DNA from: Polyangia bacterium
Lineage (GTDB): Bacteria > Myxococcota_A > Polyangia > JACRCY01
Length of the DNA: 64,000 bases
Reading direction: 5' to 3'
Assembly (NCBI GenBank): GCA_036504295.1
Contig: DASXVK010000718.1
Coordinates: 339 to 64,338, forward strand
Made by a program: the position numbers and the translations under genes
Notes under the pieces: model-generated
Told to the model about the DNA's origin: nothing
Database searches by the model: none
The model's input: only the letters and a program-made list of their open reading frames with translations
Shown: positions 38,337-47,900 of the stretch, in pieces
Numbering within the stretch: the first letter of the stretch is position 1
Layout of the letters: each line of letters opens with the position of its first letter

Positions 38337-38358
38337 CCACTTCCGCTGGCGGAAGTGG
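38337..38358. repeat. Third copy of the CACTTCCGC-TG-GCGGAAGTG palindrome (22-bp perfect)
   Basis: CCACTTCCGC-TG-GCGGAAGTGG begins 23 nt after the ORF6N stop. Confidence 0.8.
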
Positions 38359-38448
38359 ATGGCACCGCCACGGCTCCGCCACGAACGCTCCCCGCGCGCG
38401 CCCTGACCAGGCCACGGTGGCGCCGCGCGCCGCGCGCACGATCCACCC

Positions 38449-39525
38449 ATGGCCCACCTCCGCCGCCTCGCCCAGCACCTCATCGCCGCCGCCTCGTCCG
38501 TCGGGGTCAGGGTCGCTCGCCGCCTCCCCGCGGCCTGGCGTCGCCTCGCCGCCAGCGCGCCCTGCCGCGCCGGGGCGTGGCTGCTGGGCGCGTTCATCCT
38601 CTGCAACGCCGCCGGCGAGCTGCTGCGGCCCGGGTTCGCGGCGGATCACGTGTGGATCCGTACGGCGCAGCTCGTGCCCGGGTGGCGCGTCCCGGCGTTC
38701 GCCCTCGCGCTGGCGCTGCTCGTGCCGGAGCACCGCCTCCGCGCCCGTCCGCGTCTGCGCGCCGCCGCGGCCGCGCTGGCCGCCGCGTTCGCGGTCGCGG
38801 CGCTCGTCGATGCGGGCCGCTTCTACGCGCTGCTCGGGGCGGGGCGGATCGCGACGCCTGCCATCGTGCCGTTCAGCGCGCTGGTCGCCGCCCTCCTCGC
38901 GGCCACGGCGACGCGACTGCGGGGCCCGGGCGCGAGCGCGAGCGACGGCGGCACCGCGCGCGCCGTTGCGACCACCGCCGGCGTGCTCGTGATCGCTCTC
39001 GGCGCGCTGGTCGCGGCCTACGGCCTCACCGACTACGCCCGCCCGGCCGACTGCGCCGTGGTGCTCGGCGCCCGCGCCTACGCCGACGGCACCGCGAGCC
39101 TCGCGCTGCACGACCGCACGATGACCGGCGTGGCGCTCTACCGCCGCGGTTTCGTGCGGCGCCTGGTCATGAGCGGCGGGGTCGAGGCGAACGGGGTGTC
39201 CGAGCCGGCCGTGATGCGCGCGATCGCGCTCGAGGCGGGGGTGCCAGCGCAGGACATCATCCTCGACGAGCAGGGCCGCGACTCGTGGGCGACGGTGCGC
39301 AACGCGCGGGCGCTCGCGGCCCGTCACGCATGGCGCGAGGTGCTGCTCGTCAGCCACTACTACCACCTGCCGCGGCTGCGGCTCGCGGCCGACCGCGCCG
39401 GCCTGCCGGCCCGCACCGTCCCGTGCCACCAGACCCGCCGGCTCGCGCACGAGCCGTGGTCGATCGTGCGCGAGGGCATCGGCCTCGCGTACTACTACCT
39501 CGTCCACCTGCCGCCGCGGGCGTGA
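38449..39525 (+). CDS. DUF218/YdcF (ElyC/SanA-like) membrane protein
   Basis: N-terminal TM helices are followed by AVVLGARAYADG...LYRRGFVRRLVMSGG...EPAVMRAIALEAGVP...ILDEQGRDSWATV...LLVSHYYHLPR. Confidence 0.75.
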   Translation: MAHLRRLAQHLIAAASSVGVRVARRLPAAWRRLAASAPCRAGAWLLGAFILCNAAGELLRPGFAADHVWIRTAQLVPGWRVPAFALALALLVPEHRLRARPRLRAAAAALAAAFAVAALVDAGRFYALLGAGRIATPAIVPFSALVAALLAATATRLRGPGASASDGGTARAVATTAGVLVIALGALVAAYGLTDYARPADCAVVLGARAYADGTASLALHDRTMTGVALYRRGFVRRLVMSGGVEANGVSEPAVMRAIALEAGVPAQDIILDEQGRDSWATVRNARALAARHAWREVLLVSHYYHLPRLRLAADRAGLPARTVPCHQTRRLAHEPWSIVREGIGLAYYYLVHLPPRA

Positions 39526-39530
39526 GCGCG

Positions 39531-39559
39531 TTGCAACCGTACGGGTCCAACGTCAAAAT
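39531..39559 (+). promoter_or_regulatory. Candidate promoter of vapBC (would give a leaderless or near-leaderless mRNA)
   Basis: TTGCAA (39531..39536), a 17-nt spacer, then CAAAAT (39554..39559). ATG is at 39566 with no Shine-Dalgarno in between. Confidence 0.25.
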
Positions 39560-39565
39560 ATCCGT

Positions 39566-39766
39566 ATGGCGCACCGACCCGCGACCGTGAAGAAGACCTA
39601 CAATCTACCGCCTGACCTCGTAGCCCGCGCGCGCCGGATCCTTCGCGCAAAGACCGAGACCGAGGCTATCATTCGGTCCCTCGAGCAGGTCTCGGCCGGG
39701 CAGGAGATCGAGCGAGCGATTCGCAAGGCTGGCAGCCGGCTCCCCGCGTTCGGCCCCTTGCGGTGA
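39566..39766 (+). CDS. vapB: Type II antitoxin, VapB family
   Basis: It is 66 aa. YNLPPDLVARARRILRAKTETEAIIRSLEQV resembles the VapB antitoxin fold. Its stop overlaps the toxin start (GTGA). Confidence 0.7.
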   Translation: MAHRPATVKKTYNLPPDLVARARRILRAKTETEAIIRSLEQVSAGQEIERAIRKAGSRLPAFGPLR

Positions 39767-40209
39767 AGGTCATCTTCGACACTTCGATCTGGGTCGAGCA
39801 GCTCCGTCGTTCCGCGCTGGATCCGCTCCTTCCCCTGCTCCGGGGCAAGCACCAGATCTGGATGGACGGCCTCGTCGCAGCCGAGCTGCTCGCGGGGTGC
39901 CGGTCGAGGATCGAGCGCCGCGTCGTCGATGGACTGCTGTCGCCGTTTCGCCGAACTGGACGGCTGCTCGCGCTCGGCGAAGGCCCGCTCCGCGCTGCCG
40001 GTGTCGCGCTCTCGAAGCTGCGCGAGGGCGGCCTGACGCTGAAGAACCCGGGCGCGGCCCTGCTGGACGCGATGATCGCCGCGACGGCCGTGCACCAGGG
40101 CGCGCTCCTCGTCACCCTGAACTCCGGCGACTTCGCCAAGCTTCGCTCCCAGCTCGCCCTGACCGTCGAGAGCCTCGACGAGTTCGCGGCGCGGCTCGCG
40201 GCCACGTAG
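39763..40209 (+). CDS. vapC: PIN-domain ribonuclease toxin VapC
   Basis: MKVIFDTSIWVE carries the first acidic residue. ...AAELL...DAMIAATAVHQGALLVTLNSGDF has typical PIN spacing. Confidence 0.8.
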   Translation: MKVIFDTSIWVEQLRRSALDPLLPLLRGKHQIWMDGLVAAELLAGCRSRIERRVVDGLLSPFRRTGRLLALGEGPLRAAGVALSKLREGGLTLKNPGAALLDAMIAATAVHQGALLVTLNSGDFAKLRSQLALTVESLDEFAARLAAT

Positions 40210-40260
40210 CCGCGCTCCGACGGCCGTGGCCAGTCCACCTGCCCCCGCGGGCCTGCGCGC

Positions 40261-42156
40261 TCACGCCCGTGCGCGATCGCGCTCCCCGAGCACGTCCCGC
40301 ACCACGGTCTCGAGCTCGACGAGCGAGAAGGGCTTCTTCAGGAACCGGGCGTCGGCGGCGCGCAGCGCGGCGTCGTCCTCGGGCGCGACCTGGCCGCTGG
40401 TGAAGATGACGGGCGCGCCCGGGCGCAGGTCGCGCATGGCGCGCGCCGCCGCGCGGCCGTCCATGCGCGGCATCGTGACGTCGCACAGGACGAGGACGAT
40501 CTCGGCGCCGCGGGTGCGGAAGAGCTCGACCGCGGCGACGCCGTCCGGCGCGGTGAGCACCGTGAAGCCCATCACCTCGAGCATGTCGGCGAAGACCTCG
40601 ACCACGCTCGGCTCGTCGTCCACGACGAGCACGGTCCCGCCCCCCGTCCACGGCGCCGCGGGCCGCGGCTCGGCCGGCGCCGCGACCGCCTGGTCGCAGG
40701 CCGGGAACGCCACCGTGAGCTCGGTCCCGCGGCCGGGTTGGCTGGCGACGCGGATGAAGCCGCGGTGGCCCTTCACGACGCCGACGACGGCGCTCAGGCC
40801 CAGGCCCCGGCCCGTCGGCTTCGTCGTGAAGAACGGGTCGAAGATGCGCGCCAGCGTCGCCTGATCCATGCCGCATCCGGTGTCCGCGACCGTGAGCCAG
40901 GCGTAGCGCCCCGCGGGCTTGGTCGCGTACCACTCCAGGTGGTTCCAGCCCGGCGCGAGCGAGAGCGGCGTGTCCGCGGTCATCTCCCCCGAGGACACCA
41001 CCACCTGGCCGCCGCCGTCGCCGAGCGCCTGGGCCGCGTTCATGATGAGGTTCATCGTGAGCTGCCGGATCTGGGTCGCGTCGCCCTCGACCGTGGGCGC
41101 CGTCGGGCTCAGGCGGAAGACGAGCTCGGCCCGCCGCGGCACGGCGATGCCGAGCAGCGTCGGGATCTCGCCCACGATCTGGTTGAGGCTGAGCCGCGCC
41201 TGCGCCCGCGGGGCGCCGCCGCTGTAGGTGAGCATCTGCTGGCACAGGTCGGCGGCCTTGCGGGCGGCGTGCACGATGTCGCCGACGGCGGGGAGCGCCG
41301 GCGCGTCCGGGTCCAGCGTCATGGCCGCGACCTCCGCGTTGCCCATGATGCCGGTCAGGATGTTGTTGAAGTCGTGGGCGATCCCGCTCGCGAGCAGGCC
41401 GAGGCTCTCCAGCTTCTGCGTCTGGCGCACGGCGTCCTCGAGCTCGCGACGGCGGGCCGCTTCGGCCTCGACCCGCCCGACCGCCTGCTCCAGCCGCCCG
41501 GCGAAGTCGCGGTACAGCGTCCGGAGCTGGCTGACGAGCACGAGGAAGGGGACCAGCGCCAGGCCGAAGAACGCCTCCTGGGTGATGACGAAGAGCGGGA
41601 GATGGCGCGGCGCCGTGGGCCGGAAGTCGAGGAGCCCCCCGGTGGGGTCGCTGGCGAAGGGCCACGCCTGCAGGTCGACGACCGTCGCGCCGAGCGGATA
41701 GAGCACGCAGAACCACAGCGCGAGCCCCAGCGCGTGCCGCACCTCGAGGACCACGCCCGCGGCCATCAGCGTGAGCAGCGGGATGACGATGATCGTGCTG
41801 TGGGAGACATCGCTCGACATCAGCCCCACGACCTCGAGCGCGAGGTCGCAGCCGAAGGCGAGCACGAGCGCGGTCCGCAGCCGCCCGCTGGTGGCGCGCG
41901 CCGCGACGAGGCTGAGGCCCACGGTCACCGCCAGCACGACGAGATCGATGGCGCACATGCCCAGCACGAGCCCGGGCCGCCAGCTCCACGTCGAGCTGAC
42001 GTACGCGAGGAAGAGTGACGTCGAGAGCAGGAGGAAGTAGCGCAGGCCGACGAGGAGGCGGGCCGCGTCCTGGCCGCCGGGGCGCAGCATCACCGACTCG
42101 ATCAGGAGGTCGAGCGACTGCTTGAATCCGTGGAACACCTGGCTCTTCGGCTGCAT
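40261..42156 (-). CDS. Hybrid sensor histidine kinase / response regulator with a multi-TM N-terminal sensor
   Basis: About six TM helices are followed by a coiled coil and an H-box (LLASGIAHDFNNILTGI). N/G boxes (MNLIMNAAQA, DTGCGMD, GRGLGLS) are present. The C-terminal REC has VLVVDDE...VLCDVTMPRMDG...KP. Confidence 0.9.
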   Translation of the reverse strand: MQPKSQVFHGFKQSLDLLIESVMLRPGGQDAARLLVGLRYFLLLSTSLFLAYVSSTWSWRPGLVLGMCAIDLVVLAVTVGLSLVAARATSGRLRTALVLAFGCDLALEVVGLMSSDVSHSTIIVIPLLTLMAAGVVLEVRHALGLALWFCVLYPLGATVVDLQAWPFASDPTGGLLDFRPTAPRHLPLFVITQEAFFGLALVPFLVLVSQLRTLYRDFAGRLEQAVGRVEAEAARRRELEDAVRQTQKLESLGLLASGIAHDFNNILTGIMGNAEVAAMTLDPDAPALPAVGDIVHAARKAADLCQQMLTYSGGAPRAQARLSLNQIVGEIPTLLGIAVPRRAELVFRLSPTAPTVEGDATQIRQLTMNLIMNAAQALGDGGGQVVVSSGEMTADTPLSLAPGWNHLEWYATKPAGRYAWLTVADTGCGMDQATLARIFDPFFTTKPTGRGLGLSAVVGVVKGHRGFIRVASQPGRGTELTVAFPACDQAVAAPAEPRPAAPWTGGGTVLVVDDEPSVVEVFADMLEVMGFTVLTAPDGVAAVELFRTRGAEIVLVLCDVTMPRMDGRAAARAMRDLRPGAPVIFTSGQVAPEDDAALRAADARFLKKPFSLVELETVVRDVLGERDRARA

Positions 42157-42196
42157 GACACGCCGTCTCCCTCGGCGTCTGCGGCGGACCGCCGCG

Positions 42197-43255
42197 TCAG
42201 CGTTGCAGCGCGATCCGCGTGACCGGGTACTCCTTGATGCCGCGCGCCGCGAGCGGCCGCGTGGCGCCGCCCGGCGCGCGCAGCGTGCCGGTGGCCGTGA
42301 CGAAGCTCTCGCACAGGTCCCACGCGAACACGGTCGGCAGGCCCGCGCGCATCTCGGCGGGCGGAATCGCCTGGCGGTAGACGTGCGCGCCGTCGTTCGT
42401 GAGCGTGAGCTCGAGGCGGTGGCCGGCCTCGTCGTGCGCCGCCACGGTCGTCAGGACCGGGAACCGCGTCCCGGTGGCCGGGTCCCGTGTGAAGGCGCGG
42501 TGCACGAAGGTGCCGGCGTCGCACGGGAAGCTCAGGCTGGTGTCGCCGTCGCGCAGGTAGAGGCGCCCGAGCGCGGGCGTGGCGCGCACGTTCATGCCCG
42601 CGATCAGCAGCCGTGATCCTGCGGCCTCGCCGTGGACCAGCACCCAGTTCCAGTGCGTCGTCGGGTCGATGCCGAAGAGCCAGCGGCCGCGGTTCGTGTC
42701 GACGTAGCCCCAGCCGTCGATGGCGACGGTGGCGCCGTCGACGACGAGCGAGCCGGTCACGGTGGCGAGCGGCTCGATCAGGTCCCAGGCGAGGTGGCCC
42801 AGGCGCAGGGCCCCGAAGCGGCCGGCGAACGACGCGATGGGCGCGTACTCCGCGGCGAACGCGAGGTCCCACGCGATCGCGTGGCCGGCGCCGGCGATCG
42901 CGCCCGCGGTGGCGTAGCCGTCCGGGCCGCGGGTGACGGCGCTCTCGGCGACGAGGCACTCGTAGTCGGTCGTCGAGCGCGTCACCTGCGCCAGCGGGTA
43001 GTCGTGCCGGCTCACGCACACCGGCGCTCCGGCGTGGCCGGCGGCGTCGCGCGGGAAGACCTGCACCGAGATGACCCCGGGCAGCCCCCACCCGCTGCCG
43101 AAGACCACGATGCCGTCGGCGTGGGCGGAGAAGAACTTGAAGTACACCCACTCGATGGCGAGCGGCTTGGTCCGCTCCGACTCGGGCCGCCAGTGCAGCC
43201 CCGGGCCCACCGGCGCCACGCCCGCGTGCGCGCGCGTGCGCCTCAGCGGATCCAC
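42197..43255 (-). CDS. Conserved hypothetical beta-rich protein, possibly CrtC/AttH-like hydratase fold
   Basis: This is the C-terminal about 350 aa of track ORF 42197..44314. Candidate starts are GTG 43255 (13-nt overlap with the upstream gene) or GTG 43219. The W/Y/G-rich sequence (AIEWVYFKFF, DGWGYVDTNRGRW) only loosely recalls carotenoid hydratase-like proteins. Confidence 0.45.
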   Translation of the reverse strand: MDPLRRTRAHAGVAPVGPGLHWRPESERTKPLAIEWVYFKFFSAHADGIVVFGSGWGLPGVISVQVFPRDAAGHAGAPVCVSRHDYPLAQVTRSTTDYECLVAESAVTRGPDGYATAGAIAGAGHAIAWDLAFAAEYAPIASFAGRFGALRLGHLAWDLIEPLATVTGSLVVDGATVAIDGWGYVDTNRGRWLFGIDPTTHWNWVLVHGEAAGSRLLIAGMNVRATPALGRLYLRDGDTSLSFPCDAGTFVHRAFTRDPATGTRFPVLTTVAAHDEAGHRLELTLTNDGAHVYRQAIPPAEMRAGLPTVFAWDLCESFVTATGTLRAPGGATRPLAARGIKEYPVTRIALQR

Positions 43256-44718
43256 GACACCACCTGCCGCGCCGTGAGCCGCCGCCGGAAGAAATCGACC
43301 GCGCTCCGCGCCTGGTAGCTGACGTAGTGCGGCACGAGGCCGTACGGGAACATCTTCCGGACGATGTCGACGTTGTACTCGGAGCGGAGCACGAGGTAGA
43401 ACTCGTCCGGGCTCAGGGTCCGCAGCTTCAGGAAGAACGCGTCCCACTCCGTGTCGCTGAAGCACGTCGAGGAGAAGTTGCGGAAGAGGTCGCTCCAGAT
43501 GTCGTAGCGGCCGAACCGCTCCCACCAGGCGTCCTCGAACCGCCGCCGCAGGGTGTCCCCGGAGAAGTCGCCGCTGGCGAGCGCGTCGAGGGCGATGCCG
43601 GCGGCCGCGTGGCCCATGACCATGCCCGGGCGGACGCCCTCGCCGATGTACGGCGTGGCGTGGCCGGCGGCGTCGCCGGCGAGCATGTAGCGTCTGCCGG
43701 CCATCTGACCGACGGGCTGCAGCACCGGCGACGGCTTGAAGAAGGCCGACCCCGGGATGACCGCCGCGCCGGGGAACATGTCCCGGTAGCCGCGCAGCTC
43801 CTGGAAGAGCTCGTCGGCCTGCCGCTCGAGGTTGCGCTGGTAGTGCTGGGCGTTCGCGTACGGGGCGATGCTGCTGATGCCCACGTCGCAGATGGTGCCG
43901 GCGAAGGCGGCGGGCGGCCGGCCGTCGACCAGCGCGCGCAGCCGCACGTTCGTCGTCGTCTTGAACCACCGCTCGAGGTAGTCGGTCATCGCGGCGGAGA
44001 GGCCGGCGTTCGGGTAGGACCAGGACCCGGCGCCGTGGGTGATCGAGTCGTCGAGGCCGAGCGACACCTCGTGCGGGTCCGGCACCTTCGCGCCGAGCAC
44101 CTTGAACGCGAGCACGCCGCAGACGATGGCCGAGTCGTTGCGGTAGCCCTGCATCTTGTCGAGGAGCAGCGAGCCGGTGCCGGCGCAGTCGATGACGACG
44201 CGCGCCCGGATCCGATCGGTCTCCTCGAACACCTTCTCCGGGCCGAAGGGGTACTGCACGGTGAGCTCGATCACCTCGCTGCCGTCCGGGAGCGCGCTGT
44301 AGCTGGCGTCGCACACCTGCTTGTGCCAGCGGATCTCGATCTGCGGCGGCAGGTCGCGCTCGGCGAGGTCGATGAGGCCGTTGACGTCCACGAGCGCCAC
44401 GCGGCCGGGCGGCAGGGTCTTGCGCACCGGGTCGCCGTGCGAGTAGTACGCGACCTTGTCGTACCAGGTGATCACGGTGCGCCCGAGGTCGGGCAGCGCG
44501 CCGGGCAGGTCCGCCGGGAACGTCACGCGGGCGTTGTACTCGGGCATGAGCGCCGCCCGGTCCTGCTCGGTCATGGCCTCGAGCACGAGCGCCCGCAGCG
44601 GGCTCGCCGGCTCGCGGCGGAAGCGCTCCTTCAGGCGCACGACGGCGCCGGCGGCCGCGGTCCCGTTGCCGATGATCACGACGTCGAAGACGTCGGCTTG
44701 CGCGGTCCGATCACCCAT
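43243..44718 (-). CDS. FAD-dependent oxidoreductase, geranylgeranyl-reductase-like, with a C-terminal extension
   Basis: It has a dinucleotide fold (DVVIIGNGTAAAG) and GDAAGHATPYIGEGV. ATG 44718 follows AAAGGGGG; the alternative start is GTG 44736. Confidence 0.8.
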   Translation of the reverse strand: MGDRTAQADVFDVVIIGNGTAAAGAVVRLKERFRREPASPLRALVLEAMTEQDRAALMPEYNARVTFPADLPGALPDLGRTVITWYDKVAYYSHGDPVRKTLPPGRVALVDVNGLIDLAERDLPPQIEIRWHKQVCDASYSALPDGSEVIELTVQYPFGPEKVFEETDRIRARVVIDCAGTGSLLLDKMQGYRNDSAIVCGVLAFKVLGAKVPDPHEVSLGLDDSITHGAGSWSYPNAGLSAAMTDYLERWFKTTTNVRLRALVDGRPPAAFAGTICDVGISSIAPYANAQHYQRNLERQADELFQELRGYRDMFPGAAVIPGSAFFKPSPVLQPVGQMAGRRYMLAGDAAGHATPYIGEGVRPGMVMGHAAAGIALDALASGDFSGDTLRRRFEDAWWERFGRYDIWSDLFRNFSSTCFSDTEWDAFFLKLRTLSPDEFYLVLRSEYNVDIVRKMFPYGLVPHYVSYQARSAVDFFRRRLTARQVVSWIR

Positions 44719-44930
44719 GGGGCCCCCTTTACCCACGGCGCCCCTGCGCGCCGCCGAGTGGCCCTACGATAACACGGCCAGCCCGCGCCGGTGCGTGCGC
44801 GGGCTCACATTCGTGGCGGGCCGCGCTCAGACCCCCGCCACCCCCTCGTGCGTACCCGGCCCTGGCCCGCGCCTGCGACCTGCACCTGGGCCGCGGCGCG
44901 GGGTCCAACCTTCGACCAGCCGGAGCCACC

Positions 44931-47900
44931 ATGCGCACCGCCCGCTTCGTCCTGCTCTTCGTGGTCGTCCTCAACTGCGCGCACGGCGAGCGCGCGCGGA
45001 GCCTGCCGCCGCCCGGCGCCGATCCCTTCGCCGGGCTCGCGCCGCTCGCCCGCGACGAGCCCCAGCCGTTCACGTTCCGGCCCGGCGCGCCGCCCCCGCC
45101 CACGACCACGCGGGTGGAGCCGCTGCCCTTCCCGCCCGCCAGCCAGCGGGCGCCGGCGAGCCGCCCCAGCGTGGCCCCGACGCCCCTCAAGGTGCTGCGC
45201 AGCCAGCCCACGGGCGAGAACGCGCTCGTCGGCGCGGTCACGGTCACCTTCAACCAGCCCATGGTCCCGGTCGCGAGCCTCGCGGAGCTCGCCACCCGCG
45301 CGGCCCCGCTCGTGCTCGCCCCCGCCGTGAAGGGGCGCTTCCGCTGGCTCGGGACCCAGACGCTCGCCTTCGAGCCCGACGGGCGGATGCCCTTCGGCAC
45401 CGAGTACACCGCGAGCGTGCCCGCGGGGACGCGCGCCACGAGCGGCGCGCGCCTCGAGCGGGCGGAGCAGTGGCGCTTCGCCACGCCGCGCCCCGAGCTG
45501 CGGCGCGCGCTGCCGGCCGCCTACACCGACCAGGCCCGGCCCGACACCGCGGTCGCCCTCGAGCTGAACCAGCCGGTGGCGGCGGCCGAGCTGCTCCGGC
45601 GGCTCACGCTCGCCGGCATCCCCGGCCGCGACCTCGTGGTCGTGCCCCGCGCGGAGTGGGCCGCGCTCCCGGACCTCGGCGCCGCGATCGCGCGCCTCGA
45701 CCCGGAGCGCACGATCGTCCTGCGGCCCCGGCGGCCGCTCGCCGCCGGCGCCTGGCAGCACGTCACGATCGCCGCGGGCCTGCGCGGCGAGGGCGGGCGG
45801 CCGAGCCTGCGGGCGCTGCACCACCCCTTCTCGACCTACCGCCCGCTCAAGGTCGAGGAGATCGCCTGCGGCGACCGCTGGCGCTGCAACCCCGCCCAGG
45901 GCGTCATGGTGCGCTTCAACAACCCGCTCGCCCCGGCCGCGGGCGCGCCGGTCGTGACGGTCACGCCCGCGCCGCGGGACCTCGACCAGGAGCCGGGCGC
46001 GAGCTGGGTGATGCTGCGCGGCGACTTCGATCCGCGCACGGCCTACACGGTCACGGTCAAGGCGGGGCCGGTCGACGTCCATGGCCAGAAGCTCGGCGCC
46101 GACGTCCGGCGCACGCTGCGCACGGGCGACATCACGCCCGAGGTGCGCTTCCCGGCCCAGAACGTCACCGCCCTCGAGCGTCGCGGCACGCGCCAGGTGC
46201 CGCTCGAGGTCCGCGGCCTCGGCGGGGCCCGGCTGCGCCTGGTCGCGGTCGACCCGGCCCAGCTCATGACCCTGATCGAGCGCCTGCGCAGCCCGTGGGG
46301 CTACGGCCAGGGCCGCGGCGATCCGCTCGCGCGCATCAAGGGCCTCCGGCCCGCGCGCCACCTCGTCACCGGCGTGGGCCGCAACGGCAAGACGACGCTC
46401 GGCCTGCCCACCGACGAGGCGCTCGGCCCCAGCGGCGCCGGGACCGTCTTCGCCGAGGTGCGGGCGGACGGCCTGCGGCGCGACGACCGCTGGGCCAACC
46501 CCTACCGCCTCGCCCTGGTGCAGGTCACCGACGTCGGCATCATGGCGCGCTACGACGAGGACCAGATCGTCGCCTTCGCCACCAGCCTCGAGAGCGCCGC
46601 GCCGCTCGCGCACGCCGCGGCCGAGCTGCGCGACCGCACGGGCGAGGTCATCTGGCGCGGCGCGACCGACGCCGACGGCGTCGTGCGCGCGCCCGGCCGG
46701 CGCGTCCTCGGCAAGCCCGCGCCCTACGCGCTCTGGATCCGCCACGCCGACGACCGCGCCTTCGCGCTGCTCGACGGCGCCGGCGACGACCACGGCTACA
46801 ACGGCACCTACGCGCACGCGAGCGCCATCCCGCCCAAGGAGACCCTCCGGCTGCACCTCTTCACCGACCGCTCGCCCTACCGCCCCGGCGACAAGGTGCA
46901 CGTGAAGGGGCTGCTGCGCGTGGTCGGCACGACGGCGCGGGGCGAGGTCACGGGGCTGCCGCCGGGGGTCGGCCGGGTCGAGTACGAGGTGCTGAGCGCC
47001 CGCGACGCGAAGATCGCGGCCGGGACGCTCGCGCTGACGAAGAGCGGCAGCTTCACCGTCGACGTCACGCTGCCGCCGGCCGCCGACCTCGGCGCCTACC
47101 GCGTGCGCGTCAAGCCCGCCGCGGGCCCCTTCCCGGACTGGGTGGCCGGGGCGTTCCAGGTGGAGGAGTACCGCGCGCCCGAGTACGCGGTGAAGGTGGA
47201 GCCGGGCGCCGGCCCGCACTTCCAGGGCGGCACGCTCGCCGCGCGCGTCGGGGCGGACTACCTCTTCGGCGCCCCGATGGCGGGCGCCGCCTGCGCCTGG
47301 ACCCTGAGCCGCGCCGGGGCGCGGTTCAGCCCGCCGGGCCACGAGGGCTTCAGCTTCGGCGACCCGGAGGCGTGGCGGCCGGACTGGCGCGTCGTCGATG
47401 GGCCGCGGCGGCACCGCGAGGGCTGGCGCCGCGGCTTCAGCCTGGCGCGGGACGGCGCCGACGGCGATATCGTCGCGTCGGGCGAGGGCGTGCTCGACGC
47501 GCGCGGCCGGCTGGCCGTCGGCGCGAAGCTGGCCGCCGACCCGCAGGCGAAGACCGTGGGTCCGCTCGCCTTCACGCTCGAGGCGCAGGTGATCGATCGC
47601 AACCGCCAGTCGATCGCCAGCCGCGCGACCATCGTCGCGCACCCCGCGGCCCGCTACGTGGGCCTGCGCCCCGACCGCACCGTGGTGCGCGCCGGTGAGC
47701 GGGTCAGCGTGCAGGCGGTGCTCGCCGACCTCGACGGGCGGCGCCAGCCCGGCGCGGCCCTCACCATCGAGGCGGCCCTGGTGACGACCAAGGTCACCCC
47801 GGTGCAGGAGGGGGACGGCTGGACCTACAAGTACGAGGACCACGAGCGGCGCGCCGCCTCCTGCGCGGTCACGACCGCCGCGCGGCCCGAGGCCTGCGCG

